Shown here: positions 23,557-33,401 of the stretch, in pieces
Position numbering within the stretch: position 1 is the stretch's first letter
How the letters are laid out: each line of letters starts with the position of its first letter
Sequence record: PQ758390.1
DNA length: 37,128 nucleotides
From: Pseudomonas phage 5400
Strand: one strand, 5' to 3'
Translations under genes and position numbers: made by a program
Notes under the pieces: generated by a model
Told to the model about the DNA's origin: nothing
Database searches by the model: none
Seen by the model: only the letters and a program-made list of their open reading frames with translations

Positions 23557-24767
23557 GCGAAGTGAAAGAACTGAAGGACTCCCTGGAGCTGCAACTGAAG
23601 AACGGTTTCGACGGGCTCCAGAAGAAGTACGACCTGGCCATCACCGAGGTCGAGAAGGGCAACCAGGTTGCCACTGAGCTGAAGAAGGAAATTCAGACCC
23701 AGAAGGACGAACTGCAGAAGGTCATCGACCAGGTGCAGGATCTGGAGCAGAAGGGCGTCAAGCTGCGCGGCGGCCCCGGCGAAGGCAAGAGCTTCATCGA
23801 TATGGTGAAGTCGCACGACGGCTACAAGGCGCTGCAACAGAAGAGCGCGAATGCCGCCGACATCGAGGTCACCAAGTCGGACCTGGCGTCGATGAAGGAG
23901 ACCAAGGTCACCAGTGCCGGCATCGTTGTGCCGAACTACGACCCGACCATCCAGCCCGGCATCCGCCAGGAACTGCGCATCCGCGACCTGCTGACCAGCA
24001 TCCCAGTCAGTGGCCAGAGCTACACCTACTACCGAGAGTTGCTGCACACCCGTGGCGCGGCGCCGGTAGCCGAAGGTGCGCTGAAGCCCACCAGCAACGT
24101 GACCTTCGAGCCGGTGACCGACCGCGTCAAGAAGCTGGCCGTGTGGATGCCGGTCACCGACGAGGCCCTGGACGACGTTCCGCAACTGTTCGGCTACATC
24201 CAGGAGCTGCTGCGCTACGACCTCAAGCTGGAGGAAGAAGCGCAAATCCTCAAGGGTGACGGCACCGGCGAGAACCTGAACGGCCTGATGACCCAGGCGA
24301 CCACCTACGACACCGCCCTGAACAAGGCTGGCGACACCTCCATCGACATCGTGCGCCGCGGCATCTACCAGGTCCGCAAGCAGTCGAAGCTGTCTGCCGA
24401 CGGCGTGGTGATGACCGAACTGGACTGGATGAACATCGAGCTGCAGAAGGATGGCGAAAACCGCTACCTGTTCGCCAACCTGCAGGGCCTGGTCACCCCG
24501 GTGCTCTGGGGCCGCCCGGTGATCACCTCGGACAGCATGGACGAAGGCGCGCCGGCGAACGGTGAAAATCCGGCCACCGGTGGCGAGTTCCTGATCGCCA
24601 ACTTCGCCCGCTCCTCGATCCTCTTCGACCGCATGTCGTTCCTGTTCAAGATGGGTCTGATCAACGATCAGTTCATCCGGAACGAACGGGCGCTGCTGGT
24701 TGAGGAGCGTCTCGGTCTGGGCGTGCGTCGTCGCGAGGCGTTGGTGAAAGGCCGCTTCGCGGCGTAA
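23553..24767 (+). CDS. major capsid protein (HK97 fold) with N-terminal coiled-coil delta domain
   Basis: 404 aa. The N-terminal 90 residues or so are coiled coil. Follows the protease. Confidence 0.9.
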   Translation: MSEVKELKDSLELQLKNGFDGLQKKYDLAITEVEKGNQVATELKKEIQTQKDELQKVIDQVQDLEQKGVKLRGGPGEGKSFIDMVKSHDGYKALQQKSANAADIEVTKSDLASMKETKVTSAGIVVPNYDPTIQPGIRQELRIRDLLTSIPVSGQSYTYYRELLHTRGAAPVAEGALKPTSNVTFEPVTDRVKKLAVWMPVTDEALDDVPQLFGYIQELLRYDLKLEEEAQILKGDGTGENLNGLMTQATTYDTALNKAGDTSIDIVRRGIYQVRKQSKLSADGVVMTELDWMNIELQKDGENRYLFANLQGLVTPVLWGRPVITSDSMDEGAPANGENPATGGEFLIANFARSSILFDRMSFLFKMGLINDQFIRNERALLVEERLGLGVRRREALVKGRFAA

Positions 24768-24775
24768 CCCCTGAT

Positions 24776-24806
24776 GAGGCCGGCCGCAATGCCGGTCTCT
24801 TCGTTT
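24776..24806 (+). terminator. hairpin plus U-rich tract after the capsid gene (possible partial terminator)
   Basis: gaggccggc-cgcaat-gccggtctc then TTCGTTT. Confidence 0.35.
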
Positions 24807-24818
24807 CCAGGAGGCAAC

Positions 24819-25022
24819 ATGAAGATCAAGGCACTTTGGGGTTTCGTAGGTGACGCGAAGAAGCTCGGGGCGGAGTCGGCCCAGGTTCGCGCGGGCCAGG
24901 TGTTCGAGGAAGTCGACGATGAGTATGCACACGTCCTGATCGGCAAGGGGCTGGCTGCTGAGGTCGGGGAACAGACCAAGCCGAAAGAGACCAAGCCGGC
25001 GGCGCCGAAAGGGGCCAAGTGA
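24819..25022 (+). CDS. small hypothetical head protein
   Basis: ATG at 24819 after GGAGG. 67 aa. Confidence 0.5.
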   Translation: MKIKALWGFVGDAKKLGAESAQVRAGQVFEEVDDEYAHVLIGKGLAAEVGEQTKPKETKPAAPKGAK

Positions 25023-25345
25023 TGGAGATCGACTGGGATGCCGATCCATCCATCCTGGCGAAGGTGAAGCTTCAGGCCAGGGTCGAGACGGACGAGGAGG
25101 ACGAGCTCGTAAAGGGCTATGTCGCCGCGGCGCTTTCCCATGTCGAGCAGCACTGTGACTGCCGGCTGGTCGAAGGTGAGCCCACTGCTCCGGATGAGAT
25201 CGGCCTGACGCCGGATGTGTGGCAGGCAGTGTATTTGCTTGTCGCGCACTGGTACGCCAATCGTGAGGCGGTTGCGCTGGGCACCATCGCCACTTCGGTT
25301 CCGCTCGGTGTCGAGCGCCTTCTCTGGTACAGGAAGAGATTCTGA
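25019..25345 (+). CDS. head-tail connector (gp6-like / DNA-packaging) protein
   Basis: Typical size and position. LAKVKLQARVE...ELVKGYVAAALSHVEQH... motif. Confidence 0.7.
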   Translation: MMEIDWDADPSILAKVKLQARVETDEEDELVKGYVAAALSHVEQHCDCRLVEGEPTAPDEIGLTPDVWQAVYLLVAHWYANREAVALGTIATSVPLGVERLLWYRKRF

Positions 25346-25671
25346 TGAGAGCTGGTCCCCTTCGGCATCGAGCGGATCTGCTCGAACTGCAGCGAGTTCC
25401 TGACGGCGGGGGTGGCTATTCCGAGCAGTGGGTCTTCCTGCGCAAGGTGTGGGTTGAGATCACCCTGCCGACTGGTCGGGTGGCGACCGTTGCAAATCAG
25501 TTGCAACCGGTCATCAGCGCTGAGATCCGAGCGCGCCCGCATGGCGATCTTGTCGTTGGGCGCCGGTTGTCCCACGGCGGCATCACCTACGCGATAAACG
25601 CGGTCCTTCCCGATAACGAGAACAGCATGCTCAGGCTGCTGTGCTCCAACGTTACCCCTACACCGAGGTAA
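25345..25671 (+). CDS. head closure / head-tail joining protein
   Basis: RHRADLLELQRVPDGGGGYSEQWVFLRKVWVEI resembles the head-tail joining family. Confidence 0.7.
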   Translation: MRAGPLRHRADLLELQRVPDGGGGYSEQWVFLRKVWVEITLPTGRVATVANQLQPVISAEIRARPHGDLVVGRRLSHGGITYAINAVLPDNENSMLRLLCSNVTPTPR

Positions 25672-25676
25672 GCAAA

Positions 25677-25871
25677 ATGGTGCTTCGAGCAACAGCGCAA
25701 CTGAGCGGTGCCGTGACCGCCAACAAGGGCGATGACGTAAGTCATCATCCCGCTGAAATCCTCAACCCACTGATGGCGCGTGGCTTGGTATTCGACGACG
25801 GCAAGGACTACCCCAGCGCCTCTGTGCCGCCCACCTCGAAGGCCAGGAAGCGGCCGCGCCGCAAGGGGTGA
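25677..25871 (+). CDS. small hypothetical protein
   Basis: ATG at 25677 after a GAGGTAAGC SD. Confidence 0.4.
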   Translation: MVLRATAQLSGAVTANKGDDVSHHPAEILNPLMARGLVFDDGKDYPSASVPPTSKARKRPRRKG

Positions 25872-25874
25872 ACC

Positions 25875-26447
25875 ATGGGCAGGCGCTCTCGCATAAAGGG
25901 CGACTTCAAGCTGCGCGGCGTGCTGCGACGGATCGCAGCGCTTGACCGCAGCGACCTACCAAGGGGAATGGCGCAGGCTGCCGACCTGGTGTTGGCCACG
26001 CAGCAGAACATGATCCCCCGGGACACCGGCGAGGCCGCCGCCGCGCTTCAGGTGCGGATCAGCCGGAACGGCCTGGATGCCCGGATTGGCATCATCGGCA
26101 AGCGCGACAACCGGCGCTTCTACTACCTGAAGTTCGTGGAGTACGGCACCAAGGGCTACAGCGGTACGGTCTACCGGCGTCGGGATGCTGGCGCGGTGGG
26201 CGGTGAGCACACCGTCAACAGGGATCGCAGCCAGTTCTCCGGCCGCAATCGTCTCGGGCGTCGTGCGACCAAGAACAAGTCGGATGGCGAGAACTTCTTC
26301 GGCTACTACCCGGATATTCCGGCACGGCCGGCGCATCCATGGCTGAGGCCGAGCATCGACATGAACCGCGACGACATCCGGATCATCATCCGCGGCGCCA
26401 TCAGCAGCACCTTGGCGCGCGCGGCGAAAGGAGCCAGCAGTGGCTGA
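25875..26447 (+). CDS. HK97 gp10-family tail component
   Basis: QQNMIPRDTGEAAAALQVRI is the gp10-family motif. Confidence 0.7.
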   Translation: MGRRSRIKGDFKLRGVLRRIAALDRSDLPRGMAQAADLVLATQQNMIPRDTGEAAAALQVRISRNGLDARIGIIGKRDNRRFYYLKFVEYGTKGYSGTVYRRRDAGAVGGEHTVNRDRSQFSGRNRLGRRATKNKSDGENFFGYYPDIPARPAHPWLRPSIDMNRDDIRIIIRGAISSTLARAAKGASSG

Positions 26448-26826
26448 CAATGGATTTCCTCTGCAGCAGGCCGTCTACCAGCGCCTGACCGCCGAGCTGA
26501 GCGTGCCGGTGTACGACGCGGTACCGGCGGACACACCTTACCCCTACGTCACGATTGACCGGGAGGTGGCTCGCAATACCAGCCCGATCTCAGGCCGCAA
26601 GCGGAAGCTGCGTCTGCTGTACCTGAGCGTCTGGAGTGACCACCAGGGCCAGGCCGAGGTGAAGCAGATCCTGGGCGCCATCGAGGATGCGCTCGACGAG
26701 CGACCACTGGCGTTGTCGGTGGGGCGCGCGGTCTCCGTGCGGGTGACCGACACCGACACCAATCGCGAGCCGGACGGCCGGACCTACATGGGGTCGGCGA
26801 CGGTGCGCGTCATCACTACTACCTGA
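26440..26826 (+). CDS. tail terminator / tail completion protein (DUF3168-like)
   Basis: LQQAVYQRLTAELSVPVYDAVPADTPYPYVTI. Confidence 0.65.
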   Translation: MADNGFPLQQAVYQRLTAELSVPVYDAVPADTPYPYVTIDREVARNTSPISGRKRKLRLLYLSVWSDHQGQAEVKQILGAIEDALDERPLALSVGRAVSVRVTDTDTNREPDGRTYMGSATVRVITTT

Positions 26827-26858
26827 GCACCACCAACCCAACGCCAGTGGAGGACACC

Positions 26859-27359
26859 ATGGCAGAAGACAATCTCAACACGGCCGCCGGCTGCCGCGTG
26901 GCCATCGGCACCAAAACGCCGGCGGACACCGAGGCCGATTACAAGGCCGACACCTACGTCGACATCGGCGAGATCGAGGACCTGGGCGAGTTCGGCGACA
27001 CCTTCAGCAGCGTGAACTTCACCTCGCTGGGTGATGGCCGGGTGCGCAAGTACAAGGGCACCGCTGATGCCGGTGACCTGAACCTCACTGTCGGTATGGA
27101 CAATGGCGACGCTGGTCAGAACGCCGTCAAGGTGGCACACAAGGACCGCTCGAAAGGCAACTACAACCTGAAGATCACCCTCAACGACGGTGACCCGTCG
27201 GCCACTCCGGTGATCCTGCCGACCACCTACTACTTCGGTGTGAAGGTGATGAACAACACCGTGGCGCCCGGCAGCGCCGACAACGTGGTGCGCCGGAACA
27301 TGACCTTCGGCATCAACACCGACATTCTGGAAGTCACCCCGACTCCGGCTGGCCCCTGA
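26859..27359 (+). CDS. major tail (tube) protein
   Basis: ATG at 26859. About 166 aa. Position before the G/GT chaperones. Confidence 0.75.
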   Translation: MAEDNLNTAAGCRVAIGTKTPADTEADYKADTYVDIGEIEDLGEFGDTFSSVNFTSLGDGRVRKYKGTADAGDLNLTVGMDNGDAGQNAVKVAHKDRSKGNYNLKITLNDGDPSATPVILPTTYYFGVKVMNNTVAPGSADNVVRRNMTFGINTDILEVTPTPAGP

Positions 27360-27361
27360 TC

Positions 27362-27381
27362 GACGGGGCTTTTGCCCCGTC
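27362..27381 (+). promoter_or_regulatory. perfect 8-bp hairpin (GACGGGGC-TTTT-GCCCCGTC) between the major tail and chaperone genes
   Basis: Seen directly in the sequence. No U-run follows. Confidence 0.4.
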
Positions 27382-27403
27382 TCCTCCTGAGTGAGAACCC
27401 TTC

Positions 27404-27748
27404 ATGAGTGAAGCCCTGCACGGCACCGTCACGCTGGTGATCGGTGCCCGTACCTACATCCTGCAGCCGACCCTGGAAGCCGCGTTGAAGATCGAGTCGC
27501 GCTTCGGTGGCCTGCGCCCGGCCATGGAGTCGATGCGCCTGCTGAGCATCGGTGCCTGCGCTGATGTCGTGATCGCCGCCGCCGGCCTGAAGCCGGAGGA
27601 GCACACGACCCTCGCCACGCAGGTTTTCGAGACCGGCGTGGTCAAGGTCTCCTCGCAGCTCACGGAATACATCACCGGCCTGCTGAGCCCGGTACCGCCG
27701 AGCATCGCCGAACGGGGAAAGCCCGAGGCGGCCAGCACAGCGCAGTGA
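27404..27748 (+). CDS. tail assembly chaperone G
   Basis: Position, size, and the slip site near its 3' end. Confidence 0.8.
   Translation: MSEALHGTVTLVIGARTYILQPTLEAALKIESRFGGLRPAMESMRLLSIGACADVVIAAAGLKPEEHTTLATQVFETGVVKVSSQLTEYITGLLSPVPPSIAERGKPEAASTAQ
27715..27721 (+). promoter_or_regulatory. -1 programmed ribosomal frameshift slippery heptamer GGGAAAG (G/GT)
   Basis: In the G frame this reads G GGA AAG, identical to the lambda G-T slip site. The -1 frame continues ...GKARGGQHSAVRNGSYVDYLF into the T ORF. Confidence 0.75.
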
Positions 27749-27972
27749 GGAATGGCAGCTACGTCGACTACCTGTTCGGCGTGGCCACCGGCTGGCTGGG
27801 CTGGCCGCCTGACACTGCGTGGCGCACGCCCATCCCACAGATCCTGATCGCGCTGGATGCCCGCCTGGACTGGATGGGTGGCGGCAAGGCCCAGCAGCAG
27901 GCCGCCCCGAAGAAGAAGGGCAGCGTCGCCGACCGCTTGAAGGCGTTCCTGCGGGGACGCCAGGAACCATAG
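27745..27972 (+). CDS. T portion of the tail assembly chaperone GT fusion (made by -1 frameshift from G)
   Basis: The ORF in the -1 frame starts overlapping the G stop. It is probably not translated on its own. Confidence 0.7.
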   Translation: MRNGSYVDYLFGVATGWLGWPPDTAWRTPIPQILIALDARLDWMGGGKAQQQAAPKKKGSVADRLKAFLRGRQEP

Positions 27973-27974
27973 CC

Positions 27975-27997
27975 ACCGCCTTCGGGCGGTTTTTTTA
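27975..27997 (+). terminator. terminator-like hairpin plus T7 immediately before the tape-measure gene
   Basis: ACCGCC-TTCG-GGCGGT then TTTTTTT, followed by ACGCCCGGAGAACACG ATG. Confidence 0.45.
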
Positions 27998-28012
27998 CGC
28001 CCGGAGAACACG

Positions 28013-31000
28013 ATGTCCGACCAAGAAGTCCAGGGGATGCTGATCCAACTGGAGGCCACCACCGCGCAGTTGCGCCGGGAGCTGGCGAGCGCGGACAGCG
28101 TGGTCGCCAAAACGACCCAAAGCATCGACCGCAACCTGGCACAGGTAGATTCTGCGTTTGATCGGACAGCCCAAGGTGCGCAGCAAGCCGGTACGTTGAT
28201 CCGTGGCGCCTTCGCGGCGATCGCGGGCGCCGGCCTGGTCGGTAGCATCATCCACCAGGTGGACGCCTACGGGCAGATTGCCGACCGCATGAAGGCGGCA
28301 ACCGGCAGTGTCGAGGAATACATCCAGGTCCAGCAGCACCTGCTGCGCACGGCGCAGGAGACCTATCGGCCTTTGGCCGAGGCGCAGGAGCTGTACATCC
28401 GCACGGCGGACGTGATGCGGTCGCTGGGCTTCGACACCCAGCAGACCCTCGATATCACCGACAGCTTCAGCTTTCTGCTGGTGACCAACGCCGCATCGGC
28501 GGATAAGGCGCAGTCCGCACTGGGCGCCTACTCGAAGGCGCTGCAGACCGGGAAGGTCGAGGCCGACGGCTGGGTGTCCATTCAGGAGGCCATGCCGACC
28601 ATCGTCAATGCGATCGCCACGGCCACCGGCAAGAGCGCGGAGCAGATTCGCAAGCTGGGCGTCGAGGGCAAACTGTCCCTCGATGACATCAACACCGGCT
28701 TGCTGAATACCGTCGAGGCCAACCGCAAGGCAGCGGCCGATATGTCGGTCAGCGTGCAGGACGCCCTGGTCAACATCCAGAACGCCCTCGGCGATTTCTT
28801 TGGCCGCATGGAGGAGAGCACCGGCGTGGTGGCTGGCTTGGCCAGTGTCATCAGCCTCGTCGGCGACAACATCGGCGCGGTTGCCGCCGTGATGGCGGGT
28901 GCGGGCGTTTCGGCGCTGACGGTATACGCCGCCCGCGGCGCGCTCGCGATCAAAACCGCCCTGGCTGATCGTGCAGCACGAATCGCCCAGGCCGAGGCCG
29001 TCATGCAGTCGGCGATTGCCGACCAGCGCAAGGCCGAGACGCTTACCATTCTGGCCGCCCGGGAGGCGGCTGCGGCGCGCGGTACCGCCGTACAGACCCA
29101 GATGTCGATCCAACTGGCGCAGGCGCGGCAGCGAGAAGCAGCGGCGACGGCATCGGTGGCCGCGGCACAGGCGGGGCTGCGTGCTGCCTCGGCTGGCTTG
29201 CTGAGCGTGCTAGGCGGCCCGATGGGGCTGGCCCTGCTCGCCGGCACCGCGGCGGCCTCGTTCCTGCTGCTGCGCGACAACGCCGACCAGGCAGGCGTCA
29301 GCCTGGACGACCTGCACAAGCCTGTGCAGCAACTGCGGGAGGAGTTCGCCAAACTCAATCGAGACCAGCGTGAAGCCTCGCTGGTGAAGTGGCAGCAGGA
29401 GCAGATCAACGCCACCGACAAGGTGAAGGAAGCCTACGGCACCCTGTCGCAGTCGATTCGTTCGGCGATGGTTACTGCGCCGGCGCGGGACTCCAACGGC
29501 CTGTATACCCAGCAGTTGCGCGACTACCAGTCGCTGATCGACCGGCTGAACCAGGCGCGGGCCTCTGGTGAGGACCTGTCGCCAATCTTGAGGGAGGTGG
29601 GTGAGCGCATGCAGGTGCCGGCCGGCACCGTGCAGCAATGGCTCACCCAGGCCGGCGCCATCGGGGATGCCGATCACCGCTCTGGCCTGATCGCCGAAAC
29701 CTTGCGTGTGCTGACCGGAGTCACCCAGGAAAACACCGCAGCGACCAACGCCAACAACGCTGCCAAGACCGGGATGAGCGGCGCCGGGCAGACCTATCTG
29801 GAGACGTTGCAGAAGCAACTGGGCGGCCTGCAGGACAACAACGACGCCATCAAGGCGGCGAACCGCTTCATCGCGGACAACACCGACCTGACCGAGACCG
29901 ACCGCCAGGCGATCCTCTCGGCGGCCAATGCGATCGAGGCGCAGAAGAAGGCCAACCAGGCGGCAACGGCCAGCAGCAAGGCGCGCACCAAGTCCTTGCA
30001 GGACGAGGTCAAGGCGCTCGACACACTGATCGACAAGGCGCTTCCGGAGAAGAAGCGACTGGAAGATCTGGCCGATGGGGTGCGGGTTCTGCGCAAGGCT
30101 CAGGCCGAAGGCAAGATCACCACCGCCGAGATGGAGCTCGGCATCAAGAACCTGAACGAGGCCTATGCCGACGGCTCGATCCAGAAGCGCATCCAGCAGG
30201 AGCAGAAGCTGGCAGAGCAGCGGCGCAACAGTTCCGAGGCGTACCGGAAGGCCATGGAGGTGGTGCTGCAGGCGCGGCAGGATGCGATCAATTCCGACGT
30301 GGCTGGCATCGGCCTCGGGGATGATCAGCGCGACCAGGCGCAGCGCCTCGATGCGGTGACGAAGAAGTACGCCGACCTGCGGCGCGAACTGGAGGCGCAG
30401 CAGGAAGATGCGAGCCGCCGGCTTGGTCCGGCCGAGTATGAGCGGCGCCTTGCGGACCTGGCTGACTTCCAGGCCCGCGAGCTGCAGATGGAGGTCGACG
30501 GCTACGAGGCGCGCCTCGCCGCCCAGCGAGACTACCGCAACGGCGCCCGCCGCGCTTGGCAGAACATCCAGGCCGACGCGGCGGACGTCGCCGGCGCCAC
30601 GGATGACATGCTGACCACCGGCTTCAACACTGCGAGTAATGCCCTGGCGGACTTCGCCACCACCGGAAAGATGAAGTTCCGAGACTTCGCCAGCAGCGTG
30701 ATCAACGACATGGCACGGATTGCCAGTCAGCAGGCAGCGACTGGCTTGCTCAGTGGTCTGATCGGTGTGGGCGTGTCGGCAGCCGGCGCCTACTTCGGCG
30801 GCGGGTCAGCCACGGCCGGGGCATCGCAATCCGGTTACACCGGCAATGCATACGCCAACTGGGCCGCTGCCCAGGCCGACGGCGGCGCCTGGGCGAATGG
30901 CGTGCAGTTCTTCGCCAATGGCGCGGCCTTCGCAAACTCCATCGTCAGCCGGCCGACCGCCTTCGGCATGGCCGGCGACCGGATGGGGATCATGGGAGAG

Positions 31001-31270
31001 GCGGGGCCGGAGGCAATCCTGCCCCTGGCTCGCGGTGCAGATGGTTCGCTCGGTGTTCGGGCCGTGGGCGGCGGCGGTGGTACTGCGCTACAGGTCAATG
31101 CCCCGGTGGCGGTCACTGTCGAGGACCGCAGCTCTGAGGGCATGGAACTGGACCAGCAGGCGCTGCAGCAGAACATGCAGCTGCAGATGAAGGCGGCGGC
31201 GGAGCGCGCTGTTGCGGATTCGTGGCGCCCTGGTGGCGTCAGCTATCGAAACATGGCCGGGAGGGGCTGA
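28013..31270 (+). CDS. tail tape measure protein
   Basis: 1085 aa, Ala/Gln-rich coiled coil. C-terminal Gly-rich region like lambda gpH. Confidence 0.95.
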   Translation: MSDQEVQGMLIQLEATTAQLRRELASADSVVAKTTQSIDRNLAQVDSAFDRTAQGAQQAGTLIRGAFAAIAGAGLVGSIIHQVDAYGQIADRMKAATGSVEEYIQVQQHLLRTAQETYRPLAEAQELYIRTADVMRSLGFDTQQTLDITDSFSFLLVTNAASADKAQSALGAYSKALQTGKVEADGWVSIQEAMPTIVNAIATATGKSAEQIRKLGVEGKLSLDDINTGLLNTVEANRKAAADMSVSVQDALVNIQNALGDFFGRMEESTGVVAGLASVISLVGDNIGAVAAVMAGAGVSALTVYAARGALAIKTALADRAARIAQAEAVMQSAIADQRKAETLTILAAREAAAARGTAVQTQMSIQLAQARQREAAATASVAAAQAGLRAASAGLLSVLGGPMGLALLAGTAAASFLLLRDNADQAGVSLDDLHKPVQQLREEFAKLNRDQREASLVKWQQEQINATDKVKEAYGTLSQSIRSAMVTAPARDSNGLYTQQLRDYQSLIDRLNQARASGEDLSPILREVGERMQVPAGTVQQWLTQAGAIGDADHRSGLIAETLRVLTGVTQENTAATNANNAAKTGMSGAGQTYLETLQKQLGGLQDNNDAIKAANRFIADNTDLTETDRQAILSAANAIEAQKKANQAATASSKARTKSLQDEVKALDTLIDKALPEKKRLEDLADGVRVLRKAQAEGKITTAEMELGIKNLNEAYADGSIQKRIQQEQKLAEQRRNSSEAYRKAMEVVLQARQDAINSDVAGIGLGDDQRDQAQRLDAVTKKYADLRRELEAQQEDASRRLGPAEYERRLADLADFQARELQMEVDGYEARLAAQRDYRNGARRAWQNIQADAADVAGATDDMLTTGFNTASNALADFATTGKMKFRDFASSVINDMARIASQQAATGLLSGLIGVGVSAAGAYFGGGSATAGASQSGYTGNAYANWAAAQADGGAWANGVQFFANGAAFANSIVSRPTAFGMAGDRMGIMGEAGPEAILPLARGADGSLGVRAVGGGGGTALQVNAPVAVTVEDRSSEGMELDQQALQQNMQLQMKAAAERAVADSWRPGGVSYRNMAGRG

Positions 31271-31608
31271 TGGCGATCGAGACTTTCATCTGGGTGCCCG
31301 ACGACGAAGCTGACGTCGACGGCACCCTGCGCACGCGCACGTCGCAATTCGGCGATGGGTATGCGCAGGAGTCGGGCGACGGCCTCAATGGCGAGAGCCA
31401 AAGCTGGTCGTTGACCTTTGGCGGGCTCCCCGATGAGGTCGGGCCCATCCTCGACTTCATCCGTCGGCACAAGGGATATCGGTCGTTCCTGTGGACCCCG
31501 CCCGGCGGCGAGCTGGGCATGTACAAGTGCAAGGCGTACCGCAAGCAGCGGCGCTCTGGCGCGATCGAGGTCCTTTCGCTCACCTTTGACCAGGCGTTCC
31601 ACCCATGA
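31270..31608 (+). CDS. minor tail protein (lambda gpM-like)
   Basis: ATG overlaps the TMP stop. Matches the gpM family in size and motifs. Confidence 0.8.
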   Translation: MAIETFIWVPDDEADVDGTLRTRTSQFGDGYAQESGDGLNGESQSWSLTFGGLPDEVGPILDFIRRHKGYRSFLWTPPGGELGMYKCKAYRKQRRSGAIEVLSLTFDQAFHP

Positions 31609-32351
31609 GCCTCATCTTGCAGCTCCAGAAGCTGGAGCCAGGCGCCGAGATCATGCTGTTCGAACTGGACGGCAGCGAGTTCGGCGCCGACGTGCTGCGC
31701 TTCCACGGCCATGCTATCCCGCATACCCCGCAGGAGCTGGCCGCCGCCGGCGCCAATGCGGACCAACTGCCGGCGAAGTCGATCTGGTGGCAGGGCGAGG
31801 AGTACGCCGCCTGGCCGGTGCAGATCAGCGGCCTAGAGGCAACCGGGGATGGTACGGCGGTACGCCCGACGTTCTCGGCGGGCAACGTCAGTGGGCGCAT
31901 CACCGCGTTGTGCATCGCCTTCGATGACCTGGCCAACTTTCAACTGACCATCCGCGAGACGCTGGCCGAGTTCCTGGACGCGGAGAATTTCCCGGCCGGC
32001 AACCCGGATGCAGATCCGACCCAGGAGTCGATCAGCATCTGGTACTTCGACCAGAAGACCGGCGAAGACGACCAGGTGGTCGAGTGGGAGCTGGCCAGCC
32101 CGGGGGACGTCGGCAACGAAGCCGTCGGCCGGCAGATGACCACGTTGTGCCACTGGTGCATGACCGGCGGCTACCGGGGGCCCGACTGCGGCTACACCGG
32201 GCCGTACTACGACATCGACGACAACCCGACCGACGACCCGACAAAGGATCAATGCGCCGGGCTCTATCGGTCCTGCAATAAGCGATGGGGAGCGGGCAAT
32301 CAGTTGCCCTTCGGCGGATTCCCGGCCGTGTCCCTGATCGCCCGGAGCTGA
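31605..32351 (+). CDS. minor tail protein (lambda gpL-like)
   Basis: Cys cluster CHWCMTGGYRGPDCGYTG as in gpL. Confidence 0.8.
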   Translation: MSLILQLQKLEPGAEIMLFELDGSEFGADVLRFHGHAIPHTPQELAAAGANADQLPAKSIWWQGEEYAAWPVQISGLEATGDGTAVRPTFSAGNVSGRITALCIAFDDLANFQLTIRETLAEFLDAENFPAGNPDADPTQESISIWYFDQKTGEDDQVVEWELASPGDVGNEAVGRQMTTLCHWCMTGGYRGPDCGYTGPYYDIDDNPTDDPTKDQCAGLYRSCNKRWGAGNQLPFGGFPAVSLIARS

Positions 32352-32353
32352 CC

Positions 32354-33112
32354 ATGCGTAAGCAGATCCTGAGCGCCATTCAGGCGCATGCGGCCGAGGA
32401 GTACCCGCGCGAGGCCTGTGGCTTGGTGGTTGGCGCCGGCCGGCGGCAGCAGTACGTCCGTTGCCGAAATACGGCCAGCCAGCCGCGGGAAGAGTTCCGC
32501 CTGCACCCGGAGGACTACGCTGCGGCGGAAGACCTGGGCGAGGTGGTGGCCATCGTGCACAGCCATCCGGACGCTACCAGCAGGCCGTCACCGCACGACC
32601 TCGCCATGTGCGAGGCGTCGGGCCTGCCCTGGCACATCCTCAGTTGGCCGGAGGGCGACCTGCGGACCATCGCGCCGCAGAGCAACATCCCGCTGCTGGG
32701 AAGGCCGTTCGTTCATGGCGCCTGGGACTGCTGGCAGGTCTGCGCCGACTGGTACCAGCGCGAGTGGGGCCTGGAGTTCGAGCGCTTCGCGCGCGAGGAC
32801 GGCTGGTGGGAGCAGGTCGATGGGCCGAGCCTGTATGAGCAGCACTTCCAGGCGGCCGGGTTCTGCCCGGTCGACCAGCCGCGGCGCGGCGACATGATCG
32901 TCTTCGAGGTCGGGCGCACGCAGCACCCGAACCACGCCGGCATCTACCTCGGTACCGACGCGGCTCTGCCCGGGGAGGACAGTAAGGTCTTCGGCGCCGG
33001 GCCATTCCTGCTGCACCACCTCTACGGCAAGCCAAGCGAGATCATCGTCTACGGCGGGAACTGGGCTGAGCGGGCGCGGTTGGTGCTGCGGCACCGTCAA
33101 GCCAGGGCATAG
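32354..33112 (+). CDS. tail assembly protein (lambda gpK-like; JAB/MPN plus NlpC/P60 domains)
   Basis: EACGLVVG...HSHP (JAMM motif). C-terminal region with DCWQ and a His. Confidence 0.85.
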   Translation: MRKQILSAIQAHAAEEYPREACGLVVGAGRRQQYVRCRNTASQPREEFRLHPEDYAAAEDLGEVVAIVHSHPDATSRPSPHDLAMCEASGLPWHILSWPEGDLRTIAPQSNIPLLGRPFVHGAWDCWQVCADWYQREWGLEFERFAREDGWWEQVDGPSLYEQHFQAAGFCPVDQPRRGDMIVFEVGRTQHPNHAGIYLGTDAALPGEDSKVFGAGPFLLHHLYGKPSEIIVYGGNWAERARLVLRHRQARA

Positions 33113-33158
33113 CCTGTGCTACGCTCCGGCGTTTGGAAGTGCTGGTAGGGCTGGCAAA

Positions 33159-33401
33159 GTGCAAAAGCTCATAGTGATTTTGCTTGCGGTGATCGTTGTA
33201 TTGATTGCGCCCTGGACGCTTGCGGTGCTGTTTGCGGGTGTGTTGGCGTACGGTATTTGGCTGGCGGTGGTAGGGCTGATCACGGCAATCTTTGTGGCCG
33301 GGTACATGTACAAGAACAGCGAAGGTCGCCGGCAGCGCCGAATTCAGAAGGTCGTCGACGCGGCGAATAAACGGAATAGATCTCAGGGGATGAAGCCATG
33401 A
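33159..33401 (+). CDS. small 2-TM membrane protein (tail-operon moron)
   Basis: MQKLIVILLAVIVVLIAPWTLAVLFAGVLAYGIWLAVVGLITAIFVAGYMY. Lower GC. Inserted between the gpK-like and gpI-like genes. Confidence 0.6.
   Translation: MQKLIVILLAVIVVLIAPWTLAVLFAGVLAYGIWLAVVGLITAIFVAGYMYKNSEGRRQRRIQKVVDAANKRNRSQGMKP

Noticed and set aside
23451-25049. 532-aa minus-strand ORF across the capsid gene
   Set aside because: Antisense artefact. The plus strand encodes a clear HK97-type capsid and neighbours.
27995-29421. 372-aa and 279-aa minus-strand ORFs inside the tape-measure gene
   Set aside because: Low-complexity Arg/Ala-rich translations. Antisense to an unambiguous 1085-aa TMP.
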